Positions 11,923-24,063 of a stretch of DNA of 64,000 nt are shown piece by piece. The stretch is from Dimorphilus gyrociliatus (taxonomy: Eukaryota; Animalia; Annelida): the NCBI GenBank assembly GCA_904063045.1, contig CAJFCJ010000006.1, positions 2,098,946 through 2,162,945 of the forward strand, given 5' to 3'. The position numbers and the translations under genes are program-made. The notes below the pieces were generated by a model. That model was not told the DNA's origin, did no database searches, and worked only from the letters and a program-made list of their open reading frames with translations. How positions within the stretch are numbered: position 1 is the stretch's first letter; each line of letters opens with the position of its first letter.

Positions 11923-13548
11923 TTATTTCTTCTTTGCTTTCAAATCTGAACAAATAGCCAGAATACTTTCAATCATTTCAATTCGAACAATTCCGGCTTG
12001 TAGAAATTCTTTTCTAGAGTTCATTTGTTCAGTTGCATTACAATTTTGTATTTCTAATTGATAATGAGCTTTTGCCAAATCGATAGACTTTTCTAAGGGT
12101 TTTAAAAAGTTCTTTTCCACGTAGTCTGCTTTTTCTATTATTCCAGTCTCATTTCTTTTGTCAACTGATATAAGATATCTAAACAAAGATAAGGCGTCCA
12201 AAAGAAATTCAGCATTGTCCAGTATATCTTTTTCAACGTTGAAAAGAAATATATCATTGAATAGTTTGTCCAAATGCTCTCCTTTTAAATATTCGTTCTC
12301 CTTTTTAAAAGTCATATTTTCTTGTAGACTATTCTTTAATAATATAATCCCGTAGCCTTTAACTGCTTGGTGACTATGATTAATAATTCTTTCGAAGAAG
12401 ATGTATTTGCTTTCGTTCGATAAGACTTTAATGAGCTCTGGCACTATTTTGGATGCATACCTTCTCAAATCTATATTGGGACACCTTAATAGGATCTGAT
12501 AGATAGCTTCCAGTGTCTTATTAAGCTTTTTAATTCCTTGATAAGACGTAGAATCTTCTTGCATTGTCGAAAACATGTGTATAGCAATATTAATGCCTTT
12601 TTTAACTATAATTTCACTAGTATCCTTCAATAGTCTAATAGATGAATTCAAAAAAGAGCCTGTTACAAAATCAGCCCTATAAATGAGGGGTATTGCTAAA
12701 TTTACGCCTTCTATTGTCGCTAAAAATGGAATCATAGAAATTCCTATCTCTGGAATAGGTTCTTCGACGTCTAATAAATCAGTATCCATATTCTCTAAAT
12801 CATTTGTATTTAATGATGATCTTTGATGCTCTATTTGTTTCTTTCGAAACATAATGAACTGATTCCTATCCTCTAACTTCTCAATTGTACTAATAGCATC
12901 TCTAGAACAGCAAGAAAGAATATCGCCTAGCTTCTGATAGATTTTGATGAGAGAATCATCAGACAATGTGACATCAATATTCGATAGAGGATGTGCCAAA
13001 ACTTTAACAACAAACAAAAGTATCTCCTCCAATTGTTTATTATTTTTGTCCCGATACTCCTTTGTACTGGCATCAGTTACTGCAATTTGTCGAGCGAAAG
13101 GATAGACGAAATCCAAAGCTATATTTAATCTTTCAAAAATTCTATGTAAATCCTGGTCTTTATCACCAATTGTTATTGATTTAATATGAGCATTTAGGAC
13201 ACTAAGCACTAAACCAAGAGAATAACCCTTCTTAGATGATAAATTATCAAGACATTTAGATATTGGTTTTAACAAAAGCTTAAATCGAAAGTCGCATATA
13301 AATTTGTCGAACTGTTCCATAAATACAATCAGTAAATCTTTTGCAGATGTAGCTACTTCGGTTATGGTGAGCATTACGTGTTCGATACATTTACTCCTAG
13401 CTTCGCTTTCTTCTGATAATAATTCACATAATTGGGGTATAAAATCCCAATATTGTTGTTTAAGGTTAGATCGAATAGAATTAATCGTTAATAATTCTTC
13501 CAAGTCACTCAAATTTCCCTCTTTTATTAGATTAATTAATTCTGTCAT
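11923..13548 (-). CDS. GLMN: Glomulin (cullin-RING/RBX1 inhibitor), single coding exon
   Basis: 541-codon frame from ATG 13548. C-terminal motifs ALSLFRYLISVDKRNETGI and NFLKPLEKSIDLAKAHYQLEI match glomulin; QAVKGYGIILLKN also fits. Confidence 0.85.
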   Translation of the reverse strand: MTELINLIKEGNLSDLEELLTINSIRSNLKQQYWDFIPQLCELLSEESEARSKCIEHVMLTITEVATSAKDLLIVFMEQFDKFICDFRFKLLLKPISKCLDNLSSKKGYSLGLVLSVLNAHIKSITIGDKDQDLHRIFERLNIALDFVYPFARQIAVTDASTKEYRDKNNKQLEEILLFVVKVLAHPLSNIDVTLSDDSLIKIYQKLGDILSCCSRDAISTIEKLEDRNQFIMFRKKQIEHQRSSLNTNDLENMDTDLLDVEEPIPEIGISMIPFLATIEGVNLAIPLIYRADFVTGSFLNSSIRLLKDTSEIIVKKGINIAIHMFSTMQEDSTSYQGIKKLNKTLEAIYQILLRCPNIDLRRYASKIVPELIKVLSNESKYIFFERIINHSHQAVKGYGIILLKNSLQENMTFKKENEYLKGEHLDKLFNDIFLFNVEKDILDNAEFLLDALSLFRYLISVDKRNETGIIEKADYVEKNFLKPLEKSIDLAKAHYQLEIQNCNATEQMNSRKEFLQAGIVRIEMIESILAICSDLKAKKK

Positions 13549-14021
13549 CCTGCAATACAAAATAATAATTGAACGTGTGCTTTCGAATGTTATTTTCTTA
13601 AATCTTAAACCGGGGTTCAAAAATAACGGAAAAAAGAAGTTGCAGCCGCAATCCAAACTAAAAAATAACCTAAATTAATTGTGAAATGCCTCAGAGTAAT
13701 ATTAATCTGCTCAATTTGAAATAATAAGAGATATATAGCTTTCGAGTAGTCAGAGTTTTGTCAGTAACGATAATAGGTTGCACTGCGCGGTTTCGTTTGG
13801 AAAAGCAGAATATTTTGCCGCATACTAGATATGTACCAAGATAATGATGAGTAATGTGTAGACTTTCTAGTGGCCATTTTGGAAATTCTGTAAAAGTATA
13901 AATAGTCTTGTGGCTGGCCCTACGTTTACTGTATGTTTGTTGTCGAGTATTTCTACTGCAGAGAATAAAAGGCGGTGAAGGTCTTTATCGCATGCTGCTT
14001 ATTATATGAAGAGTAGAAAAT

Positions 14022-17000
14022 ATGGCAAATGTTACAGGCACACTAGCACATATATCTAACAACCTTTCGGCCATCGAACTGAGCATCGTAAGCAATTGTT
14101 TTGTTATTTACATGAAAAACTGACTTCAAAGCTATTGATTTCATGGTAAAAATCTAGATGTCCCCCTTTTTGGTCGCTAAATAGTTATTGATCTCAAAGA
14201 TTAGTTTATGTAAAAGCTGTTAAACGCATACTTTGAATATTTAACCTAACAGCAATTTTTCTAGAATACTAATTCAAGTATACTTCCTTACAGAATATTT
14301 TTGTCAGTATTGGAATTGGTGCATTTACATTATTTTTAATCACTTATTACTGCCTAAGTCGGAAAGTTAAGGTGCAAATTGTTCACGAAGGTTTACGTAT
14401 ACCCCGTCTCTCAGTGTCAACTCGTCCAACAAAACCTCGATTTCGCAAGAGGGATAAAGTTTTATTTTACGGGCGAAAGGTTCTACGAAAAGTGAAGAAC
14501 ACAGTAGCAGAGGAGCATCATAAACGTGCTAGAACCGTAATCAACAAGTTAGCCAAGCGACTCCTCAAGCCACATCAATCTAAAGAGCATGAAATTTTGA
14601 ATTTACAAAGGCCTCCGCCTTCATTTTTCGGTGATGATGACTTTAGTCAAGTGGGACCTAATTCCGATTCATCCGGAGTTCCTCCTGAGTTACTATATCT
14701 GCTACGATCTGTGAGAGTGTTGGGTCATTTCGAAAAACCTCTTTTCCTTGAATTATGTCGCCATGTAAAAACTATATCGCTTTTAGCATCCCAAAAAATA
14801 GAATATTTGCATCCTGATATATATATTGTGCAGAGTGGAAAATTAAGAATACTAATTACAGATACAGATGGCTGTGAGCATTCTGTCAAAGATACTGAAC
14901 CTGGTCAGAGTGTTCATAGTTTGTTGAGTCTTTTAGATGCATTACTGGGGCATACAGTGACAGCAAAGATAAATGTTAGCGCGGTTGCTATAACTGACAC
15001 GATTGTTTTCCATATTCCAGCTTCAGCTTTCGCTGATATACTTATGGGATTTCCTGAATCTCTAGTTAGAGTAGTTCAAGTGATGATGTTGAGATTACAA
15101 AGAGTAACTTATGGTGTATTGCATAATCAATTAGCTCTGACAGCCGAATTAACCCAAAACGATCAAGCAGTAAGTCACGATTTAGAAGAAGAAAGAAAGA
15201 AAAATAAAAAGATGTCCTTGAGGAGAACTTCTCATCCTCCTGAAGCCACACCTTCCGATTTTGAGGTAGCTATGGAGACAGCTCGTGTGGAAAGTATTCA
15301 AGGTCCAGCGTCACCAAGTAAAGTCAGGAGTAGAAGTCATCATCCGATTCATTCTCAAAGTATCACACCACAAACCGCAGAAATGCATATGGCAAGGGTG
15401 TTAGGAGTAGACGATGAAAACTTGCTAGCTGGTAGAGTTCACATAAGGAAGATTCAGCCTGGAGAAGAATTGCTCAGGCAAGGAGAAACAGATTGCTTTT
15501 TGGGGGTTGTGCTTGTTGGAACTCTTCACGTTCTTCAAAAAGAACCAGATTCAGGAAACGAAATACATATTCATTACTTAAGAACTGGTGAATTAATAGG
15601 CTCTCTCGCCGTGTTGACTGGTGAACCTTCCTTATTCACCATACGAAATAAGCTTCATACTGAAAATGAAGTACTCGTCGGAGTACTCTTGAAGGCTCAT
15701 TTTTATTCTATTATGCGTGAAAGACCAAAAGTTGTCTTACATTCTGCTCTAGCAGTGGCAAGAAGAATGTCATCTTTCGTCAGACATATAGATTTTGCTT
15801 TAGATTGGGATTGCATTGAATCGGGTCACAGATTATTCGCATCAGGAGATCCAGCTGACAGTATTTATTTAATACTGAGTGGACGTTTAAGAGGTGTTAC
15901 AGAAAAGAAACATGGTGAATCAGTTGTCTTAGGAGAGTATGGTAGAGGAGAAGTTGTTGGTGCTCTTGAGGTTCTAACCCATCATCCTAGGCAGTCCGGC
16001 CTGATGGCTGTAAGAGATACTGAAGTGGCCAGAGTACCCTCGGATTTGCTGACATATATTAAGAGGCGCTATCCTCTGGTGGTTTCAAGGCTTATTCACT
16101 TATTAGGACGCAAGATGTTTTCTTCCAATCCAACCTTTCCCTCCACTCTTCATCACCAACCGACGAATATAGCAACCGTTGCTGTGTTGCCTGCTGCTTC
16201 CAATGTACCCTTATCAAACTTTTGTCTTGAGCTCGAACATGCTCTGTCCGCAATTGGATCAACTTTGAGACTAACTTCCGAATGTATTCAAAATCGATTA
16301 GGGACCGCTGCCCTAGATCCTGTAAACTACTTGAGATTAGCTTCCTGGCTAGGTCAACAAGAAGACAATCACAAAATTGTCATTTATCAGTGCGATTCGA
16401 AAATGAGTGCATGGACTACACGCTGTATACGGCAAGCAGACGTAATATTAATTGTTGCTTTATACTCTTCAACACCCACTGTTGGCGATTTGGAGATGAA
16501 AGTTGACAATATGAGCGTCAGAGCTCATAAAGAATTAGTTCTGCTGCATGCCGAAGACTCGCCAGATTTGCCTAATAATACAGCAGCATGGCTTAATGCG
16601 CGTGGATGGTGTACAGCACATCATCACGTTCGCTGTCCTTCTAGAGTATTAAAAAACTATTCATCATCGAAATTAAATGCAATATATCGAAGACTTTTTG
16701 ATAAAAGTCCTGACAAGCTAAGTGACTGTTCCCGATTGGCTAGATTACTGACAGGAACTAGTGTCGGGTTAGTTTTAGGCGGAGGTGGTGCTAGAGGTTT
16801 AGCTCACGTTGGACTTCTTAAAGCCCTATGTGAAGCCGGTGTTCCCATTGACATGGTGGGTGGAACTAGTATTGGTGCTCTTATGGGAGCTCTTTGGTGT
16901 CTGCATACCGATGTCACAAAATTTACTCAAGCTGCAAGAGAATGGTCAAAATCTATGACATCTAAACCGAAATTACTGTATGACTTGACTTATCCTGCGA

Positions 17001-18102
17001 CTGCTTTAATGACAGGATCAGTTTTTAATACTGGTTTGTAGACGATATTATTTAAACGACTAAATTATACTTAGCTTTTTTCAGGTATTAAAAGCGTTAT
17101 ACCTGAAGATAAGTCCATAGAAGATCTTTGGATACCATATTTTACAATAACAACTGATGTTACTGCCTCTGTACAAAGGATGCACACTTCAGGTTCATTA
17201 TGGCGATATGTTAGGGCATCTATGTCTTTAGCTGGATATTTGCCTCCCTTGTGTGATCCAGTAGATGGACATCTATTATTAGATGGTGGATATGTGAATA
17301 ACGTACCTGCCGATGCAATGAAACAACTGGGTGCTGAAACTGTAATAGCAGTTGATGTAGGCTCGGAAGATAATAATGACTTGGCAAATTATGGTGACGA
17401 ATTATCTGGATGGTGGGCTCTTTGGCAAAGAATAAGGGGCAGCCGCTGTATTCTTAATATGGCTGAGCTGCAGTCTCGTTTAGCATACGTTTCTTGTGTT
17501 AGACAATTAGAGCAAGTAAAGAGTGGCAGTATGCCTGGTGTTCATTACGTGAGACCACCAATTAATAGGTAATTTAACAATTATTATGGTCATTTTTTTC
17601 AAATTCTTTAATAACTTTTAGATATTCTACCCTACAATTTGGTTCTTTTGATGAAATTTTCGATGTTGGCTACGCTCATGGAAAGGCGCTGTTTCACACC
17701 AGCCTCATAGATGAACTCTTCCGTAGAGAGTTTCAGCCGTTCTCTGCTGTATCTCAGAATACTATCTCGCCAAAAGAAGAAGACTTTATTGATCTGGCAG
17801 AACTGATATCTAAAATTGATGAACCTTATAGAGTACCGTCTACAGCAAGTCTTTTGAGTCTTGCTCCTTCTGAGAGTTGTTCGGAAGATGAATGTAGTTT
17901 GATAGCCGAAGAGGAGAGAAACTCTGAAACAGATACCGGTTTTCATGCTTCCGATCATGCTGACGAAAATGACGAACTTCGAACTCCTCCTGAAGGGGAT
18001 CCGAGTCCAGAAGAAATGACTACAGTAACTTCAATGACCGGCTCTTTAATATCGACATCTGATTCAACTATGCTACGACAAAGGCAGGTAGATGGTACAT
18101 AA
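14022..18102 (+). CDS. PNPLA6/7: Neuropathy target esterase / swiss cheese (patatin-like phospholipase with three cNMP-binding domains)
   Basis: Exons 14022-14087, 14294-17033, 17085-~17568, ~17621-18102. N-terminal TM helix, [16 protein letters not shown], three CNB domains, GGGARG, GTSIG nucleophile, DGGY catalytic Asp. Confidence 0.96.
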
Positions 18103-18609
18103 AGACTAAAGTTATGATAAATCGAATTTGGCTTTATTTTTCTCGTCAAGAATTGATATATTTAACTGCTTTAGCATGGAAGCGAAAGTGTTGCCAAGAT
18201 GTTTCTAAAAGAGGATAAATAGTCAAAAATGTGAAAAAATATAAATTGAATACATTCTTATATTTTGACGAAAGAGTAATAAATTATCCCTTCGTTGTAT
18301 CCAATTTAGAGAAACGGTAGATTTTCCCTCCAAAATTTCCGGAAGTCATTAATTCGTTAATCTTCCGGTTACAAACGTTTACCTTATTGCATTTATCAAG
18401 TCTCTTTCAATATCTCCTTAATAGTTTTCGCAAAGACAAGGTAATAATTATTTTAACATCATCATTGATAATACATTAATAAAGCTCTTTAAGTTACTAT
18501 TACAGAGCAAAATTTGTTGAATACGTTTAAATTATAAATTATTTTCGTGCGGCTTTTTCATTTCGTAATAATTGTCAAATGCTTAAACATTTTTAAACAG
18601 CAGAGAAAA

Positions 18610-19323
18610 ATGAATGGAGAAAACGATATGGTATATCCGAGTATAGCTCAGCTATCAGATGATGACTTATTCAAATGCTTGAGAACTGCAGGTTTTAATA
18701 TTGGACCGGTTATTGGTTAGTTGTGATGTGGGCGATGATATTTGCAAATATAACTTAACCGTCGTTTTATTTGCAGAAACAACAAGATTTGTGTATGAAA
18801 AGAAACTGACGTCCTACTTGATTAAAGAAAAAGCAGGAGATGATGTTGTTATAAATCCTTCTGCGTAAGTATCCACGACTACTAAAGAGCAGATCTTCTA
18901 CTAAACAATAAATGTACACTTTACAGGGTGCTCTCTTGGTGTGCGTCAAACTCAAGGTAAGTTAGTCAATCAAAACTCGCATATTGGTAATACTAAATGA
19001 ATATTTATCTATCTGACAGTCCTATAAAAGAACAAATTGAGACGTCAACCATACGCCAAAGGAAGACTTCTCCACAACCCTCCCCACAAAGATCTGAAGG
19101 GCCAGACGAAGATGCCCAAATGTATGGGGAAGAAAGTGTCAGTTTTCCATCAGCAGATTTACCTGAAACACCAAGCCCCAAAAAGCCAGTCATCGCTTCG
19201 CCTACATCCAGAAAATCCAGTTTTGCAACCAAAATGATAATTTTTGTCATAGTTGCAATTATGGTATTCGTTGGCCTATTAATTTTAAATATGGAATCTG
19301 CTCATTCGGAACCTGAATTTTGA
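18610..19323 (+). CDS. LEM-domain inner nuclear membrane protein (emerin/LAP2beta-like)
   Basis: Exons 18610-18715, 18777-18864, 18927-18956, ~19018-19323. LEM motif LSDDDLFKCLRTAGFNIGPVIETTRFVYEKKL; C-terminal TM helix MIIFVIVAIMVFVGLLIL. Confidence 0.85.
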
Positions 19324-19727
19324 AAACTAAAAAATGTGTTGAAAAACAATAATCTAAAATGATTGTATGTGTTTTTCATAATATTTTTAAATATCTTGAA
19401 AAGAACAACTCATTAAAGTTTGATTTTAAAACAAAAGCTTTCAACTATGAAAATACAATGAAAATTTATCCAACTATAGATATTTTTTCAAATAGGAGAT
19501 TTTAATTATTCAATTATTTAAATTAACATTAAACGATTAATTAACTAGTCATAATTTACTACAAAATGAATAAAACTCAATGAAACGTTTCATTCTGGAT
19601 GAAGAAATGTTTGTTGGTTTTTTTTAAAGCTGAACGATAAAAGACACAATTGAAAAAACATAAGGAGAAAGTGAAAAAAAGTCAGAGTTGTCTTCTTTTT
19701 TGTTTAATATCAATACCGGATTTTCGA

Positions 19728-22700
19728 CTAAAATGGAGAGTCCGCAGCACTCTGTTATTAATAATATTACAATTATAAATTGTATTTAATTATCTTGTTG
19801 GTATTTACCAAGTTAGATTCGAGATTAATTAATCTCTTTCTTGTATCAGCAAGATCTAGTTCTCTTGAAGATAATTCATTCTTGAGTGTATTTATTTCGT
19901 AATTCTTACGCTTAATCTTCTCTTCTACAGCCTTTTTCCTCTTCTCTTTCTGTTTGTTTAATTATTTCATTGGAAGAATAAAGGATAAGATGGGATAAGA
20001 GGGGCTTTTTATATTAATTACTAACCTTTCCTCTATAATCCGGAGGTTCGCAATTATGTTTCGGCCATCCGTTTTGTGATCCATCTTTCTTCTCCAAGTG
20101 GAACGTCTAAGAAAAAGATGGAAGAGGATGAAAAATTTTGAATTATTTGCAAATAATTAAGGAACAAACCTTCTTTTGTTTAATAGCAGAATTTAGTCGT
20201 TTTTCTTGTTCTAGTCTCTCTCTTGTTCTGTGTAGAGATTCTCTTAAGTATTCACTCTCTTCAGTTCTTGTACGAATATCTTTTGAAAGCGAATCAACCT
20301 GGGCTGTTTTAGACGAAGCTATAGTTTCTGCATTTCTTAGTTTGGATAAATCATTTTCGTAGCCTTGCAAAAGTTCATCCTTTCGTAAAAGTCTTTCCTT
20401 TAACACTTTAATACGGCTAGTAACTACTTCGCAAGCTCTCTCCCTTTCTTGTTGAAGACGCTGCCTCTCCTCTTTTGAAAGGTGACTCATTGATCGTAAA
20501 CCACCAATTTCATCCAACTCTAATGAGGATGCAACCCCTCGGAGTAGTGTCAGGTAAGTAGTTTCGCTAGCTTCTAAACTTTGTAGCGTTTCTCTATGCG
20601 CTGACCTCTCTAGGTCGGAGGCAGCTTGCATTTGTGGGGTAGGAGCAGCGATACCTCGTGCCCTATTCACCTGAGAAGCTAGAGTACTTGTATCAATTGT
20701 GGCTTCTGCTGGTTGACCAGCTCGCATTTCAGCCAGTTCTTTTTTGAGCATAACAACTTGTTGAAGAGCTTGATCATGAGTTGGAACTAGTGAAAATTTC
20801 AATTTAGCATTGTTAGATTAGCAAAAGGTTGAGAGGATTAGCAAACTTACTATTTGGACGAACTTGTTCTAAAGCCTTTATTCGGGCTCTTAATTCGGCT
20901 AGGGCTTCACGTTGTCTAACGATAGTCTGTTCGTGTCTTTCTCCTCTGCATTGAGCTCCAAGAGCGGAAAGGTGTTGAGAGATTTTTCCCTCTTCCTCAA
21001 TACTTTCTTTAGTTTTAGTAATGTGTTCTTTTTCAACTGCCAGCTTATCTTTCAACTGTACAATTTCATTTTGTTTGTCATTGTTGATAGTCTTAAACTT
21101 GGATAAGGCCGATTTACTCTTGGCCAATTCTCCTCTTAGATCATTAATATCGCTTGCTTGTTTGTCTATGATTTTTGACAATTGAACCATTTGCTGACGG
21201 AGTTGTATTAACTCAGATTCACTCTCCGTAACCTTTGACTTGTTCTTTTCCATCTCTCTCTTGTATTCTTCACTGAATTCTCCTAATTATTCAAGAGAAG
21301 AATGATTAATAAATTACAAGATATTCAGGCAAAATCGAAGTTATATTAAAAATATAATTTCTTTAGGATTAAGCTTTATCGATTAAGTATACCTTTTATA
21401 TCGGATAATCTTGCTTCAGAACTTGCCAAATCTCTTCTTAAACCCAGAACAATCTGTTGTTGATCGGTTAGTTGTTTCTTATATTCAGCGTTTTCCCTAA
21501 AATATTAAAGAGTATTAGAGTTGACTAGATATATAATAAATTGACAAATAACATACTTTCTTAAGCCGATAACTAATTGTTCCAATGATGAAAAATCAGT
21601 TGCCTGCTTCTGGATAACAACTTTAGGTTTTGGAGGTTCGACTGGCGGCCTATAAGTGGCTTTTGTTCTTAATTCCGTAACAGTTTGCTTATGCTGTTGC
21701 AGTTCAAGTTGCAATTGTTTTTTTGATTCTAAAGATTTTTTCAATTTCTCCTCCAATTGACAAATTGTTAGAGAATGTTGGCGAATTTGTTCCTTATAAG
21801 ATCCTATTGTTGATTCTAGCTTCTGTTCTCCTGTATTTTGTTCAATTCTGAATTTTTCTAGTTCTTCTAGTTTTTCGGTCTTTGAAATATCTAATTCTTT
21901 CATTAATTCGATCTTATTCGTTTCTAGGACTGATACTTTAGAATATAATTGTTCAGCTTCCTCTTTAATCGTTGAAATTTGTTGATTTTTCTCAGATATT
22001 CCCAATTTTAATTGTTCAATTATAATCTCCTTTTCAGCAAATTTAGCTGCATTATCGGCTGTCATGCTAGCGAGTTTTTCCTTCTGTTCATCAATGAATT
22101 GTTCGAATTTTTGTTCAAACTGCTCTTTATATGATATTTCTTTCCTTTCCAACTCTAATTTATTCACTTCAGTCATCTCTGTTCGAGTTTCTTCTATTCT
22201 CTTTTTCATTTCCTCTAGGTGTTTAGTTTCAATTTCATCTAATCTTGTTTGTAGACGTTCCTTATCGACTCTGGCAGCTTCCCAAGTGTCGCTTAGACTG
22301 ACTATATGCTTTGCGTGAGCTATATATTAGAAAAAAAAGAGAGAACAACAATTAACCTCAATCAAGTTAACTATATAAAGACTATAACTTACAATCTTCA
22401 GATATTCTAGTATTTATTCCACAAACTTCCAAGCTAGATTCAATATCTCCTTGCCAATCGGAAACAGTCTGGAGAAGATTTATAACTTCTTCTTTTATCC
22501 CTTTAAGTTCATCACAAACACTTATGGTCTTTAATAATTCGATTCTATTCTTGATATTATTCGAAAGTACTCCTTTACTTTTCAGATGTTCCTAAATGAT
22601 TTCAATATTTAGAAAAAAAAATCAACATCTTAAAACAAAATAGTAATTTTTTTGTTGTTGCTTTTTTCATCCTCAAAGTATAGAAAAAGAGGAGAATAGA

Positions 22701-24031
22701 AAAAAAAAGGAAACGGAAAGAGACAAAAATATAATACGTTTATAAATTTCTACGATTTTTCTTATTTCTTTATATTTCAATGTATAAGAAATATTAATAA
22801 TAAATTGTAATAAATAAACTAAAAGTTCTTTTTTTTTTAATACAAAACTTATGAATAATGAGAAATAAAAGCAAACAATTAAAAACATTTATTGTCAGTT
22901 TGTTTGTTTATTTATTTGTTTGTTTTGTTTGTTTCGTTTAATTTACTTTCATTTCTCTATCACTTTTTATTGTATTTTTGTTTTTTCTACTAAAAGGAAA
23001 AGTAATAAAAATAATAAAAATAGAAGATCGAATCAGCTTAGCGTGCGCGAAGAATGACGAATGAATATACATAAATAAATTAATATACAGTATATATATA
23101 TATATATACAGTATACATATATATAACTATATATATATACATATGTATACGTAAAAAAAGAAAAGAAAGAGAAAGAAAGAAAGAGAGTCATTAAGATCTT
23201 CTTTAAGCATAACAAAAGTTTTTGTTTGTATTACAGATCTAACAAAGATATTGCATAATGATAAGAGTCCAATAAAAAAAGTATCTCTCAACGATTCTGT
23301 TTCAGAGAGAGACAGAGGGTAACCGAGTTTATATCTCTACGTGTTTAACTGCAAAGAGGCCAACCAATTTTTGAAGACCCGCCCAATATTTTTGGTCCTG
23401 TGGGCGTGGCCTATTTCTTTGAAGCCCCGCCCTGTAAAATAGACCAAACGGGCGTGTCACTTAGGTAATATTTTGTTCATCTTATATAAATGATTTTTGC
23501 ATAGCTTTATTTTTGTTCTAAAGTGAATTTATCCCATTATATAGAAATAAGCACTTGTTTGAATGTGTTTACTTCAAAAGCTGATTAATTCAACCTTTGC
23601 AATAAGATATCCGATTATTGCAAAGGCTAATACTACTCATATTATTTTAGCTTTAGGTCACAAGGAGTTACTTCCATTTTTTTTTCTATTTTTACCTTTC
23701 TTATAACTGATTAAAAAAAATAGGGTTCTCTCTAGGGATCACGTGACCAAAAACTAAAAATAAGGAGCATATAAGGGTCTTTCTAGCGATTAAAATATTT
23801 CTAGGATTTCACTTTTAATTAAAAAAAAATGTTTATAAAAAATGAAAATAAATGATATGATTATTAAGAAATTTTGTCTACATACCGTTGTCTCGGCTAA
23901 AGAAGATCTAATTTTCCTTGCAGAATCGGCTTCTACCTTCTTAGATGTTGCATGCGATGATAATTGCTCTTTCTGATCAGTTATCTTTTTAGTCAAATCA
24001 GTTCTTTCGTCGATCAGCTATATAAATTTAT

Positions 24032-24063
<32 letters not shown>

